A stretch of 37,817 nt of DNA, from assembly GCA_027489415.1 (NCBI GenBank), contig JAIXZU010000127.1, positions 1-37,817 of the forward strand. Reading direction: 5' to 3'. The notes beneath the pieces are model-generated. The model searched no databases. It had not been told where the DNA came from and saw nothing but the letters and a program-made list of their open reading frames with translations. The position numbers and the translations under genes were made by a program. The stretch is from Alphaproteobacteria bacterium (GTDB lineage Bacteria > Pseudomonadota > Alphaproteobacteria > UBA2136 > UBA6156). Shown one piece after another: positions 1 through 9,834 of this stretch (positions are counted from its first letter, which is position 1; the number at the start of each line of letters is the position of its first letter).

Positions 1-1061
1 AACGGCGCATTAACTGAGCTGTTACCCTCCATGCGCAATAGCAAGCTGCTATCCAGCTCATTTGCAAAAGAGGCATAATCCACCGCATCCTCTTTCAGCA
101 GTGTGACGCTGCCGGTAATGGCCAGTGTGCCGGTAAAAATATCGGCCACAAGCGTGCTGCCCACCACATTGGGTGCGTCGCCACCAATATCAATATTGAT
201 GCTTGCGCCGGTCACCACGGCTTTGCGGGTGCCACCCAGCATCACCAAGCCCGTGGGGCCACTTAGCAGCGGCTGGTTTTCGGCAGCGGCGGGCGACGTA
301 AAATACGGCGCGGCGCTGGTCTCATAAAGTTTTACATCACGGGCCATAGCGGTGAAGTTGGCCGTGACCGCGCCTTCGGTGTTGGCCTGCAAAGCCGCGC
401 GCACAATCCGCGCCTCGGTAAACAGCTCGCTAAAATCGTTGGTGTCATGATAGCGCTCAAAGGCAAATTTACGTGCCGTGGGCGCGCTGGTGGGCGCAAT
501 CAGCTTGCGGCCAACGCGCACCACACTAAAGCTGGTGTCCGCGCTTTGCGTGGTGGGTGCCGGAAAAACCGTCGCCGTCACGCCCGACAGCGCGGTAATC
601 ACAAAGTTTTGCGCATTATTGGCCGTGGCACTCATATTGCTAAAACGAATAGTGTCACCTACGCGGAAGCCCTGCAGCACCCAAGTGCTGGCCGCCACCG
701 TAAAGGTGCTAGCGGCATTGTCGGCCGCACAGCTGGTAAATTCTGTGTTGCTGCGGGTGATGCTGGCCGCCCATGTGCCGCGCAGCAGCGCCTCAAAAAA
801 ATCTTGGTAAGTTTTTGGCGATAGCTCGGTCGCAATTTCCAGCTCACCACGGCGGCCTTGCAAACGCATATCGGCCACTTGCCGGTCGGTGCGGCGCTCG
901 GCGCTCACAAAGCTGCCACGGCGCAAACCACCGCTCGAGGTCAGGCGGCGCAGCATCTGCCCGCCGCTGGTGCCGGGCAGCTCATCAACCGTGGGCACAA
1001 TCGCGCCGCTGGCATAGGCTTTATAGCGCATTTCAATGCCAACATTTTCTTGGATAGACAT
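1..1061 (-). CDS. Major tail (tube) protein, N-terminal ~353 codons; the ORF runs off the window start and resumes at 37817..37642
   Basis: ATG at 1061-1059 preceded by AGGAGAG. The frame is open to position 1 by manual translation (MSIQENVGIEMRYKAYASG...). It lies between the tail terminator and the G/GT chaperones. Confidence 0.8.
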   Translation of the reverse strand, partial: MSIQENVGIEMRYKAYASGAIVPTVDELPGTSGGQMLRRLTSSGGLRRGSFVSAERRTDRQVADMRLQGRRGELEIATELSPKTYQDFFEALLRGTWAASITRSNTEFTSCAADNAASTFTVAASTWVLQGFRVGDTIRFSNMSATANNAQNFVITALSGVTATVFPAPTTQSADTSFSVVRVGRKLIAPTSAPTARKFAFERYHDTNDFSELFTEARIVRAALQANTEGAVTANFTAMARDVKLYETSAAPYFTSPAAAENQPLLSGPTGLVMLGGTRKAVVTGASINIDIGGDAPNVVGSTLVADIFTGTLAITGSVTLLKEDAVDYASFANELDSSLLLRMEGNSSVNAP

Positions 1062-1082
1062 TTCACTCTCCTGTTTTTTGGG

Positions 1083-1496
1083 TTAATCGTTTGAATAAAA
1101 ACTGAACGGCACGCCAAGCGTCACGCGCTGCCATGCACCATCGGGTGTGGTATCGCTGGGGTAGGTGCTGGGCGCGCCATAGCGCACCCCGCCAACAATC
1201 TGCCCACGGAATATGGCCGCCAAGGCAGTGGCATGCTGATAGGCCAGCGTCAGGCCATCTTGCGCACGCACAAAAACATGCAGCATAAAAACGCCGGTGC
1301 CCTGGTAAAGTTTGGCAGCGCCACCCACAGCCGCAATGCGCTCAAGCGAACCGGCAAAATCAAAACCAACCCATGCGGCATTCACCGCGCTCACATCGGG
1401 TGGCGTAAATGGCTCGTTTGGCCATGCAATGCTGGTGGTCGTCCATTGTGCAGTAAGCCGCGCGCGAATGGCAGCCAAAGCATCAGCAACATCCAT
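1083..1496 (-). CDS. Tail terminator / tail completion protein (DUF4128-like)
   Basis: 137-aa ORF immediately upstream of the major tail gene. The sequence resembles the DUF4128 phage family. The call rests on position and recall only. Confidence 0.55.
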   Translation of the reverse strand: MDVADALAAIRARLTAQWTTTSIAWPNEPFTPPDVSAVNAAWVGFDFAGSLERIAAVGGAAKLYQGTGVFMLHVFVRAQDGLTLAYQHATALAAIFRGQIVGGVRYGAPSTYPSDTTPDGAWQRVTLGVPFSFYSND

Positions 1497-1505
1497 GTCG
1501 CACCT

Positions 1506-2132
1506 CTATTGCCATTTCGGGCGGATTATCAAACTCGGCCAGCGGTCGCCCGATACATTGCCCGCGCGCCCGCCCAGCAATTGCCCATTCGCCACGCCAC
1601 TAAAATTAAATTCAATGTGGGCCAAATAGCGGTATTTCTGCAATTTCAGCGCCTCGGCCACAATCTGATAAACACCATTCGGCGCTTGCGCTTTGCTGCT
1701 GCCATATTCTAAACGGCGCGCATAGGGCGCAAGGTTGGTTATAATAATCTCGCGGCCAAAGGGTCGCTCGGCCAAGTTCTGCACGCGGTCGCCATCAACA
1801 AAAATCGTATGGCTCTCAGCATAGACGGGTGCGGGTGCGCCCGCTTTGCGGTCACGTGGGCTGGCCATGCCAAGCAATTTAAGCGCGGCCTCGGCCACCT
1901 CCGTGCCATAATCAAAACGCGCCAGCAGCACCGTGCGGGCGCTGTCCAGCTGCTCACTCACCACCCCATCAACACGCGTTTCAATTTTAGCGGCAGTGCC
2001 ACTGCGCGCCTTAGCCGCATCAGCAATCTTTTGCCGCGTCTCACGAAACAGCTTAATCGCCTCAGCTCTTGCCTGTGCCGCAAACTCCTGCGGCGCTTGT
2101 CGCAGCGCTTTGGCATAATCGCGGGTGTTCAT
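1506..2132 (-). CDS. HK97 gp10-family head-tail/neck protein
   Basis: 208-aa ORF with a PYARRLEYG motif typical of the HK97 gp10 family. Sits in the head-tail joining block. Confidence 0.55.
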   Translation of the reverse strand: MNTRDYAKALRQAPQEFAAQARAEAIKLFRETRQKIADAAKARSGTAAKIETRVDGVVSEQLDSARTVLLARFDYGTEVAEAALKLLGMASPRDRKAGAPAPVYAESHTIFVDGDRVQNLAERPFGREIIITNLAPYARRLEYGSSKAQAPNGVYQIVAEALKLQKYRYLAHIEFNFSGVANGQLLGGRAGNVSGDRWPSLIIRPKWQ

Positions 2133-2473
2133 CCGCGTATGCTCAGCAAATAAAACACAGCGGCCTTCGCCAAATAAAGTGGCTCCACCTGCTCAATGCG
2201 GTGTGCTTGCCCGTCAATCACCACAAAATCGCCAACCTTGGGTGCGTCTGGCCATGCGGCCGCGGCAAGGTCACGCGCGGTCACGCGCACCGTGCGGTGG
2301 TGCTGCACTGTTGTGCCTTGCAAGCCGGTGGCGCTTTGGGTGCGCACAAAGCCGGGCAAGAGCACCGTTGTTGCGCTGGCGCTGCCACCAGTGCCGGTAA
2401 TGCGCCGCAAGCCAATGCTGCGCGCGGCGCGGCCTAAAAAGCTGGTCAGCCGGTTCTGATTAAGCGGGGTCAT
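2129..2473 (-). CDS. Head-tail adaptor / head closure protein (position-based)
   Basis: 114-aa ORF whose start and stop overlap the flanking genes by 4 nt. Synteny is HK97-like. Confidence 0.5.
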   Translation of the reverse strand: MTPLNQNRLTSFLGRAARSIGLRRITGTGGSASATTVLLPGFVRTQSATGLQGTTVQHHRTVRVTARDLAAAAWPDAPKVGDFVVIDGQAHRIEQVEPLYLAKAAVFYLLSIRG

Positions 2474-3120
2474 ATTTCAATACGGCGATAGGGTTGCAAA
2501 AGTTGAGCGGCCATGGGCGGCAAAGCGGCTTGCGTCACGGCATCGGCATAGCTGGCGCTGCCTACACCCTCCACGCTTTCCGAGCGCAGGGCAGGGTCGC
2601 GGCCAAGGCCACCATGCAGCGCCTTTAAAACTTCAAGGCAGGCGCTTTCAATTTCTTGTGGCAAAGTGCGGGTCGATTGGTCGGGCAGGCGATAACCCGC
2701 CACATAATTCACCACCAGCTTGCGGCCGCGCCAATATGTGCGCGCATCGCTCGATAGGCGGTATAAAAACCCACCCATGCCATCAAGCTCATAATCGCTG
2801 GCTGCTAGCGCTGTGCCATCAAGCGTCACGCTCACAATTTGCGTCACCGGCCACCGCGCCAAGGCTACGTGCGTAGCATAAATGGGTGGCTCGGCAAGGC
2901 GTGTGGGTGTGCTGTCGCGGAATAATTCACTCACCGTCTCTTGCGCAAAAATGCGCTGGCAATAATTTTCGCAGGCAGCGCTGGCCAGCGGCAGCAGTGC
3001 ATTGAGGCGCGCATCATCGCTATTGTCGCTGGCCACAAGGCCAATCGCCATGCGCGCATTGGCGAGGGTCGCCAAATTACGCACGGTTGCGGCCGTGGTG
3101 ACTGTAACAATGCTGCTCAT
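2470..3120 (-). CDS. gp6-like head-tail connector protein
   Basis: 216-aa ORF. The N-terminal LATLANARMAIGL...DDARLNALLPLASAACENYCQR matches the Phage_connect_1 type pattern. Confidence 0.6.
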   Translation of the reverse strand: MSSIVTVTTAATVRNLATLANARMAIGLVASDNSDDARLNALLPLASAACENYCQRIFAQETVSELFRDSTPTRLAEPPIYATHVALARWPVTQIVSVTLDGTALAASDYELDGMGGFLYRLSSDARTYWRGRKLVVNYVAGYRLPDQSTRTLPQEIESACLEVLKALHGGLGRDPALRSESVEGVGSASYADAVTQAALPPMAAQLLQPYRRIEI

Positions 3121-3134
3121 GCGCGCCTCTTATG

Positions 3135-3407
3135 CTATTTGCGCTTTTTGGGCGCAGCTGTTGCATTATCTGCAACAGCTGGTTGCTGGGCTGCATCTGG
3201 CGCAGCAGCGTCAGGCGTGCCATCAGCGGGCGCTGGTGGCGCAGGCGGCGGGGCTGGCAGCTCTGCCGCAGAGGGTTGGGTTGCACCAAATAACACAGCA
3301 TAGCCTTGCGCAATCAGCCGTTCGGCCACGGGCGCGTCAAAGCCCGCAACTTCATTGGCGTTATACGGGCCATTGCTGCGCGTAAATTTAACAATAACTT
3401 TGCTCAT
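3135..3407 (-). CDS. Hypothetical small head-module protein with Pro/Ala-rich tail
   Basis: 90-aa ORF with AGGAG upstream, lying in the operon. Confidence 0.5.
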   Translation of the reverse strand: MSKVIVKFTRSNGPYNANEVAGFDAPVAERLIAQGYAVLFGATQPSAAELPAPPPAPPAPADGTPDAAAPDAAQQPAVADNATAAPKKRK

Positions 3408-3417
3408 GGTTTACTCC

Positions 3418-3828
3418 TTAGGCTGGGTTCACATTGCGGCCACCAAGCACGGCGGTGGCGGCAACAATGCTGGCGGGCGTGCCACCAGTGGGGTCGGCAT
3501 CAACCACCAAGCGCACATAGCGCTTAGCCGAGCTGAGGTTGGCAGGCACCTCAAAGGCACCGCTGGGGTTGGTGCCGGTCAGATTGACAGTTACGGTTGT
3601 GCCATAATTGGCCCAGCCAGTGCTGCCATCGGCGCTGTCCTGCCAGCGGCCGGTAATGGTGCCGCCGGTAACACCGCCAGAGGTGCTATAGGCCACCACG
3701 CCAGCACCGCTAAGAAAGCCTTGGCGGTCGATGGATGCGCCGTTTTGGTCACTGCCAGTGCCCGCCACGGGGGCAAGGCTGTGTCGCACCGTTATTGTGG
3801 CTGATGTGTCACGATCTAATGCAGTCAT
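3418..3828 (-). CDS. Hypothetical head-associated protein (possible decoration protein)
   Basis: The internal ATG at 3828 is preceded by AAGGAG. The protein is beta-rich and Gly/Thr-rich and follows the capsid gene directly. Confidence 0.5.
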   Translation of the reverse strand: MTALDRDTSATITVRHSLAPVAGTGSDQNGASIDRQGFLSGAGVVAYSTSGGVTGGTITGRWQDSADGSTGWANYGTTVTVNLTGTNPSGAFEVPANLSSAKRYVRLVVDADPTGGTPASIVAATAVLGGRNVNPA

Positions 3829-3856
3829 GTTACTTCTCCTTGGTTTTAAGATTTTT

Positions 3857-3882
3857 GGCCGCGCCCACAATCAGGCGCGGCC
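3857..3882. promoter_or_regulatory. Perfect 9-bp GC stem-loop (GGCCGCGCC N8 GGCGCGGCC) between the capsid gene and the next gene
   Basis: Read directly from the sequence. A T-run follows it only on the plus strand. On the coding (minus) strand it is an intercistronic hairpin without a U-tract. Confidence 0.6.
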
Positions 3883-3890
3883 ATTGTTTT

Positions 3891-5177
3891 TTAGGCCCAC
3901 TTCACGCCGGTCAGCACAGCTGCAGCGGCGGCATGGCGCAGACCGCAATCATGCTCAACCACAGCTTTAATCACCACCTCGTCACGCGAGTAGGCGTTGC
4001 GCTGGTTGCCATTATCGACATAGCCGGCGCTATCGCTGGTCTCAATGCGGATGCCGGGCACTTGGCCAATCACAAAATGCGCAAAGTCCACGAGATAAAG
4101 CTCGCTTTCATCGCTGCCGCCACCAAGGTTGGTGGGGATTTGCGTTGTCAGCGCATAGGGGAAGCCCTGCCATGTTTTACGTGTGGTCATCTCATTGGCA
4201 TAAACAAGGTTGCCAGCGGTATCAGCTAAGTTAAGCAAATACTGCTCGGTGCGTGGCGCCATAATCCAGCCGGGGCGGCGCATTTGCACATTTGCGTTTT
4301 TAAGGGCCAAGATAATCTTGCCCACATCCGTGCGGGTATTGACAAGGTTCACTGTGGCATTAGCCGCAATGATATTTGCTGATAGCGCAAGGTTACGCAA
4401 ACCAATCGGTGTGTCCTGTGCGCCATCGCCGCGAATGAGAGCAAGGTCGCTGCGCTGGGCAATTGCCGCAATCAGGTCTTCCTGCACAATGCGGTCAACG
4501 CTAACACTGGCACTGCCCAACAGCTCTTTCGAGACAGGCACCAATGCCGCCAGTTTTTTGGCCACCAATTTTACCTGCCTAAGGTCTGGCGCTGTTTTGG
4601 CAATATCGGCTTGCTCAGCAATATAAGAGGCTGAGGCACCGTTATTAAAACCATTCAGCGTCAGGTTGCGCTGCGGCATATCAATCAGCGTCGGGTTGAG
4701 CTGCATCACGGCCGAGGCTGGGCGCAGCAATTCAATAAAATCAGTGCTAATGGCTTCGGGCACTAAAAAGCCGCCGGAAACGCCAGTCTGCGTGCCAAGC
4801 GCCGCCGCAATTTCGGCATCGCCAAACACACTATCGGCATAATGTGCGGCCTCGCGGGCAATGCCCTTGCCGGCCGCAATAGCGCGCACGAAGCGGCCAA
4901 TTTTGCCGCCCTGGTCAGCCGCAGCGCGTGGCTGGGCTGGCACCGTGCTGCGTAAACCGCTCGATACCGGCTGTGCCAGCGCGGCCTTGCGGCGCTCGAC
5001 ATCTTCGGCAGCTTTAAGTGTTGCTTCTAGGTTTTCAATTTCCGTCTTGGTGGCGGCAAAGCTCGCGGCTTGCTCGGCTGTCATGCCTTCGCCTGCTTCG
5101 GCCGAGGCGGCAATCACCGCCTCTAATTCGCTCATTTTTGCTGCAATTTTCTCGCGCAGCGCATTTAGCTTGCTCAT
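3891..5177 (-). CDS. Major capsid protein, HK97 fold, with N-terminal coiled-coil delta/scaffold-like domain
   Basis: 428 aa counted from the ATG at 5177, which has an AAGGAG RBS. The N-terminus is coiled-coil (MSKLNALREKIAAKMSELEAV...). It follows the portal and protease genes. Confidence 0.9.
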   Translation of the reverse strand: MSKLNALREKIAAKMSELEAVIAASAEAGEGMTAEQAASFAATKTEIENLEATLKAAEDVERRKAALAQPVSSGLRSTVPAQPRAAADQGGKIGRFVRAIAAGKGIAREAAHYADSVFGDAEIAAALGTQTGVSGGFLVPEAISTDFIELLRPASAVMQLNPTLIDMPQRNLTLNGFNNGASASYIAEQADIAKTAPDLRQVKLVAKKLAALVPVSKELLGSASVSVDRIVQEDLIAAIAQRSDLALIRGDGAQDTPIGLRNLALSANIIAANATVNLVNTRTDVGKIILALKNANVQMRRPGWIMAPRTEQYLLNLADTAGNLVYANEMTTRKTWQGFPYALTTQIPTNLGGGSDESELYLVDFAHFVIGQVPGIRIETSDSAGYVDNGNQRNAYSRDEVVIKAVVEHDCGLRHAAAAAVLTGVKWA

Positions 5178-5254
5178 TTTACATCTCCTTGCTTGGTCAA
5201 AAAACACCGCCCAGAATGGTGCGGCGCTATATCCAGCACTGCGCTGGTATTTTT

Positions 5255-6166
5255 TTAGTGGCGTATCTGCCGCAATTGCGCCAATTGCAGCGCCGCAAAT
5301 TCGGCGCGGGCGCGGCCAAGGCTGACACTACCGGCCGCAGCGCCGGCGCTTGTTACGGCGCGGCGCTCAGCCATAAAACTGGCATAGCTCTGCACCGCAT
5401 CGGCCATGCCCAGCGCGGCCGCAGCCTTGCCAACACGCACGCCGCCTTGGCCAAATTGTGTTGCGACCGCCTCAGGCGCAAGGCCACGCGCTGCAGCCAC
5501 ATCTTGCAAAAACAACCGCTCAATCTCATCAAGCGCGGCGCGCAGCTCAGCGCTGCCAGCGTCAGTGGTGGGGTCGGGCGATTTGTTTGGCGCGTTGCTG
5601 CTGGTAATTGTCACGCCCATCTCGCCATACATATCGGGCTCAATTTGCTTAGCTGTGGCCATCAGCACGCCGATGCTGCCCAAAATCGCGGTAGGCTCAA
5701 TCACAATGCGGCTGGCGCCACAGGCCACCCAATAGGCCGCGCTGCAACCCATGCCACCAATAAAAGCGTAAAGTGGTTTTTGGCGTGCCGCCTCGCGGGC
5801 CATGGCAGTAAAGCCGGGCAAGCCATGCGGGCTGCCGCCACCGCTGTCAATGTGCAGCACAATCTCGCGCACCTCTTTGTCGGCCAGCGCGGTGCTAAGG
5901 TCACGCGCCACATTTTCCAAAGCGGTGCCGCCGACATAGCGCAAAAAGCGGCTGTCGGTTGGCATTAAATAGCCCATCACCGGAATGCTGGCCACGCCGC
6001 GCTCGCTTTTCATCTGGCGGCGGGGCGGGGCGCGGGCTTCGTCCAAATCTTCGGCGGCCGCTTCAAGGTGCAACAACGCCTGCACAAATTCAGGCCGCGC
6101 GGCCAGCAATGGCTGGTCGGCAATGAGATGCAAAAAGGGCTTAATCTTCGGCGTCGTCTTGGTCAT
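5255..6166 (-). CDS. Prohead protease, S49 (SppA/ClpP-like) family
   Basis: 303 aa. S49-like core (HIDSGGGS..., GGMGCSAAYWVA). Sits between the portal and capsid genes. Confidence 0.85.
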   Translation of the reverse strand: MTKTTPKIKPFLHLIADQPLLAARPEFVQALLHLEAAAEDLDEARAPPRRQMKSERGVASIPVMGYLMPTDSRFLRYVGGTALENVARDLSTALADKEVREIVLHIDSGGGSPHGLPGFTAMAREAARQKPLYAFIGGMGCSAAYWVACGASRIVIEPTAILGSIGVLMATAKQIEPDMYGEMGVTITSSNAPNKSPDPTTDAGSAELRAALDEIERLFLQDVAAARGLAPEAVATQFGQGGVRVGKAAAALGMADAVQSYASFMAERRAVTSAGAAAGSVSLGRARAEFAALQLAQLRQIRH

Positions 6167-7400
6167 CTTCGGCCTCGCTGGGTGCGGGTTTTGGTGTGGG
6201 CTTATTAGGGGGTGGTGAGGTTTTCAGCGATTGCTGCAGCGCATCGCTGGCCTTGGTCATATTCAGCGGAATTAAATACGCATCCCCGCCGTCAATTTTA
6301 TTCATGTTTTCCTTCACCCGAATATCATTCGCGCTCAGCCAGCCATTTTGGCGGCCAATCGCATAGGCCTGATAGCGGCTTAATAAATCAGCCATCACCA
6401 GCGCATCGGTCACAAACTCGGCATAAATCTTTTCGTTCGCGGCCAGCAGCTTATGGTTTATTTCTTGGGTAATCCGCACCAGCCATGGGGCAATGCAATC
6501 CGACAAAAATTCGCGGCTTTGATGTTCGATGTTGCTAAAGGTGGCGCGCGACAAATCGCCGACCTTGTGCGGTGGCACACGAAACAGCGCCGCAATCTCA
6601 GTCCGCGTCAGCTGGCGCGTTTGCAAATACTGCATATCGTCGTTGGTCATCTGTAACGGCACAATGTCCATGCCATTATCTAAAATCATGTTTTTGCCGG
6701 CATTGGCTGCGCCCTGATAGGCGGCTGCAAACTGATCGCGCAGGCGCTTAAAGCTAGGCTCGTCAAGCTTGTTCGGCACTTTAACGGCCGTGGCCGGGCG
6801 CGCCGCATTGCCCAGCAGCGCTGCGGCATGACGACCTGCGGCCTTCGCTTCACCCAATGTCTGGCGGTGATAGGCAATCGGGTTCAGCCCCACATAGCCC
6901 TCAGCAATTGATAGGCCCTTAAAGTGCAAAATATCTTCGGCCAAATAAGTGATGCCGCTGGGCCGGTGATGATAAAAAATCTCGCTTTCAAAACTCAGCA
7001 CTTCCACATCATCTGGCGCAAGCGGCAACAGCGCTGTGGTGACGCCACTCGCATCACGCCGGATAAACCAATAAGCATTGCCGCGCAGCAACAAGTGCAG
7101 CACCGTCAGGCTTTTCCATTCGGCTTCACCCATCCACGGGTTTGGGCGCTTTAGCAATTTGCGCACAGGGTGACTATAATCGCGGGTGCGGCTATCGTCG
7201 GGACCCACCTTAAACACATGCAGCGGCAGCACCGATATTGTGTCAGCAATCACGCGCACGCATGCATAAACGGTCGATATTTCCAGCGCATTATCGGCGT
7301 TGATATATTCGCCCGCATTGGTGGGATAGCCACCTTGCGCAGCAATGCCAAGGCCTTGCTGTGTGGTGTTGCTGTTAAATAATTTTTTCCAAAAGCCCAT
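6141..7400 (-). CDS. Portal protein, HK97 family
   Basis: 419 aa. Typical HK97 portal N-terminus and an acidic C-terminal tail. Follows the large terminase. Confidence 0.9.
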   Translation of the reverse strand: MGFWKKLFNSNTTQQGLGIAAQGGYPTNAGEYINADNALEISTVYACVRVIADTISVLPLHVFKVGPDDSRTRDYSHPVRKLLKRPNPWMGEAEWKSLTVLHLLLRGNAYWFIRRDASGVTTALLPLAPDDVEVLSFESEIFYHHRPSGITYLAEDILHFKGLSIAEGYVGLNPIAYHRQTLGEAKAAGRHAAALLGNAARPATAVKVPNKLDEPSFKRLRDQFAAAYQGAANAGKNMILDNGMDIVPLQMTNDDMQYLQTRQLTRTEIAALFRVPPHKVGDLSRATFSNIEHQSREFLSDCIAPWLVRITQEINHKLLAANEKIYAEFVTDALVMADLLSRYQAYAIGRQNGWLSANDIRVKENMNKIDGGDAYLIPLNMTKASDALQQSLKTSPPPNKPTPKPAPSEAEDDQDDAED

Positions 7401-7409
7401 ATGCCGGCC

Positions 7410-9182
7410 TCATAAAACAAAGATGTTCGGCTCGATGATTTGCTGCACCGGCATTTCCGCCGCGCCCGCCACCATTGCCAGTGTCACAAGTCCATCAATG
7501 CGGCCGCGCGACCGGCGCTTATCAAAAGCACGGTTGCCAGCGCCATCTTCAATCATCGCGGCATTGGCAGCACAAGCGTAAGTCACAGGGCTGGGCGCAA
7601 TGGTGATGCGTCCAGTTAAAATTCTATCCTCAAGCCGCTCAATGCTGCGCGGCATACATAATTGCTTATCTTCAAAACGCACCCGTGGCCCTTGCGCATG
7701 CGGCACTAACATAAGACCTTCGCCGGCCATTTTATCGGCGCCGTCAAAGCGCCACACGGGCAAATCCACATCAGCGCAGGCGCGCATAAAATCATCCATG
7801 CCTGCAGGGTCATAGGCCAAAAGCGATAAATTATGCTTGGCCACTAATTCTTTGACCTTGGCCGCCACAAAAGTTTTATCAATCACCGGCCCTGGCACGG
7901 CGGTTAAATAACCCTCATCGGCCCAGCGGTCATAAGGGGCAAGGTCGGCGCGGGCGCGGTCGGCAATACCAATGCGCGGCGTCCAATAATAAGTTTTAAC
8001 AAAAAGCTGCTGGCCCACCAGCCAACCAACCGATAATGCGGTAAGGTCATTTTTTTGTGACAAATCAAGTGCGGCAAAACAGCCATCGGCTTTGAGCTGC
8101 GTTTCATCAAAAGCTGCCAGCCGCGATTGCCACACGTCCTCGTCCACCCAAAAATGTGCCGCACCTGTGGGAATGCCAAAATATAAACGCTTCACCGTGG
8201 GCGCTCGGCTGGCTAATTGCTTTGCGGTTTGCACTTCGTCGCGGATATTTTCCAGCGGGTAAGTGATGCCCAAAGCAGGCAGCGATTTTTGCCAACAGCC
8301 TTCGTCGGTAAAGGGGTCGTCATTTTTATCAACGCGCGCAATATAAGCCAGCGCCGTATCATCTTGCACTTCGCCCAGCGCCACGGCCTGATAATAAGCA
8401 CTCAGCGCTGTGCCCACATACTGCGATGTGGCGGGTGTATTTGTGCCCAGCAGCATCAAAGGGTCGCCGGGCATTTTAGTCAGCGCGGCCTTCCAAATCT
8501 CAATCGCCTTGTCGCTTTTGGCTTCGTGCACCTCATCTGCCATAACCAGCACGGGGCGGGGCCCTGAAATAGCGTCGCTATTCGCTTCGCTTTTAAAAAC
8601 GCTGCCCGATGCGGGGTGCTCAATTTTCCACGCATTGTCGCCCACACCACGGATAAGCACCACGCCCGTACTTTCAAGGCTGGCATAATCATTGCCGTCA
8701 GGCATAGGTGCGCGGCACATCGCCACCGCGTCATGAAACAACACGTTCGCTTGGTCTTTATCCTGCGCTATCGCATAAACCTCAGCGCGCGGAATGCCCA
8801 TAAAAAAACCTTTAAGCAAACCGGTGGCCGCCATCCATGGGCTTTTTGCTTGTCCTTTGCCGGTCTCAAGCCAGCCAGACCGATAGCGCAGCAGGCCGTT
8901 TTCACGCACCCAACCAAATAAACTGCCGGTCACAAATACTTGCCATGGCAGCAAATTAAATGGCTGCATCGCAGCAGCGCCTGCCGTAATTGTCAAAACA
9001 GACGGGTAAAAGTTTAATGCATATTCCGCTTTTTCTGGTCGCCAATAAAGCCCACGGGCCGCCGCGTTTTCAATGTCGCGCAAATGCCGTGCACATGCGC
9101 CACGCACCCATGCGCCTGCCACAATCTCGCCGGTCAAAACCGCTTTGGCATAGGCCGTGGTCGGGTCTGACATGCGGGGCAT
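7410..9182 (-). CDS. terL: Terminase large subunit
   Basis: The long ORF is 7410..9251 if counted from a TTG. The first ATG is at 9182 and another at 9173. Terminase_1-like sequence (YAKAVLTGEIVAGAWVRGACARHLRDI...). Confidence 0.9.
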   Translation of the reverse strand: MPRMSDPTTAYAKAVLTGEIVAGAWVRGACARHLRDIENAAARGLYWRPEKAEYALNFYPSVLTITAGAAAMQPFNLLPWQVFVTGSLFGWVRENGLLRYRSGWLETGKGQAKSPWMAATGLLKGFFMGIPRAEVYAIAQDKDQANVLFHDAVAMCRAPMPDGNDYASLESTGVVLIRGVGDNAWKIEHPASGSVFKSEANSDAISGPRPVLVMADEVHEAKSDKAIEIWKAALTKMPGDPLMLLGTNTPATSQYVGTALSAYYQAVALGEVQDDTALAYIARVDKNDDPFTDEGCWQKSLPALGITYPLENIRDEVQTAKQLASRAPTVKRLYFGIPTGAAHFWVDEDVWQSRLAAFDETQLKADGCFAALDLSQKNDLTALSVGWLVGQQLFVKTYYWTPRIGIADRARADLAPYDRWADEGYLTAVPGPVIDKTFVAAKVKELVAKHNLSLLAYDPAGMDDFMRACADVDLPVWRFDGADKMAGEGLMLVPHAQGPRVRFEDKQLCMPRSIERLEDRILTGRITIAPSPVTYACAANAAMIEDGAGNRAFDKRRSRGRIDGLVTLAMVAGAAEMPVQQIIEPNIFVL

Positions 9183-9213
9183 GGCGGGCGCTTTTAGGCT
9201 TTTACTTTTGGCC

Positions 9214-9678
9214 TTAGTCTTTATGTCCGGCTTTGTTGAGATAGGCGGCAAAGGCGGTCGCTTTCTGCTGCCGCTTTTTCACTTTGCCCACCGAGGCTCT
9301 GCGGCGTGGGCTAATGCCCAGCTCCATTTCTTCACTTTGCGCATCAGCGGCAGCAGCGCGCAATTCGGTTTGCCACAAATTCAGCATGGGCACCTTGGTT
9401 TTAGGGCTGCGCGATATCGCGCCCGCCTTGGTCATTTTCAGCAGCGCATGGTCATAGCGCACATAAGCAATGGCCAAGCGCATAATCGCTGGCGCATTGG
9501 CGGTGCATAAAGTTTCTGCATCGCGCATCTCGGCCACAATTTTTAGCCAATAGCGGCGGGCCGTGGTGCGCCACTCTTTGCCCATCCCGTCATCTTCAAC
9601 ACGGTCAGGAAAAATGCGCGCCCAGGGCGGCTCTTCTAAATCTGCGCCCCCGCCCGAAAGCGTTTCTAGCTTGGCCAT
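9214..9678 (-). CDS. terS: Terminase small subunit, P27 family
   Basis: 154 aa. P27-type pattern (RYWLKIVAEMRDAETL...AIAYVRYD). Sits immediately upstream of terL. Confidence 0.8.
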   Translation of the reverse strand: MAKLETLSGGGADLEEPPWARIFPDRVEDDGMGKEWRTTARRYWLKIVAEMRDAETLCTANAPAIMRLAIAYVRYDHALLKMTKAGAISRSPKTKVPMLNLWQTELRAAAADAQSEEMELGISPRRRASVGKVKKRQQKATAFAAYLNKAGHKD

Positions 9679-9700
9679 TTAAGCCTCAATTTAAGCCTCA
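9677..9700. repeat. Perfect 12-bp tandem duplication ATTTAAGCCTCA x2 spanning the terS RBS and start
   Basis: Read directly: 9677-9688 equals 9689-9700. Confidence 0.9.
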
Positions 9701-9834
9701 TGCTCGGCGGTTGCTTTAAATTTTTGCCCTCGCCGCTAAGGTGCCGCCCGCAGCGAGGGCTATTCCCACGCAAGGTTTTAACGCCTCGCGGCCTTAGGAG
9801 GCTGGGGGGAAATTGCCTATCTCAAAAATTGGTT

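Noticed and set aside
103-1057. Several plus-strand ORFs (103..327, 447..824, 478..810, 773..1057)
   Set aside because: All lie within the minus-strand major tail protein gene, which is open across the whole region and has tail-tube-like sequence.
5018-5968. 316-aa plus-strand ORF, and similar long ORFs such as 29787..30539, 14722..15474, 32844..33413 and 37081..37641
   Set aside because: They lie antisense or out of frame to well-supported phage genes. Their composition is Arg/Ala/Gly/Cys-rich and low-complexity, typical of shadow ORFs in GC-rich coding DNA.
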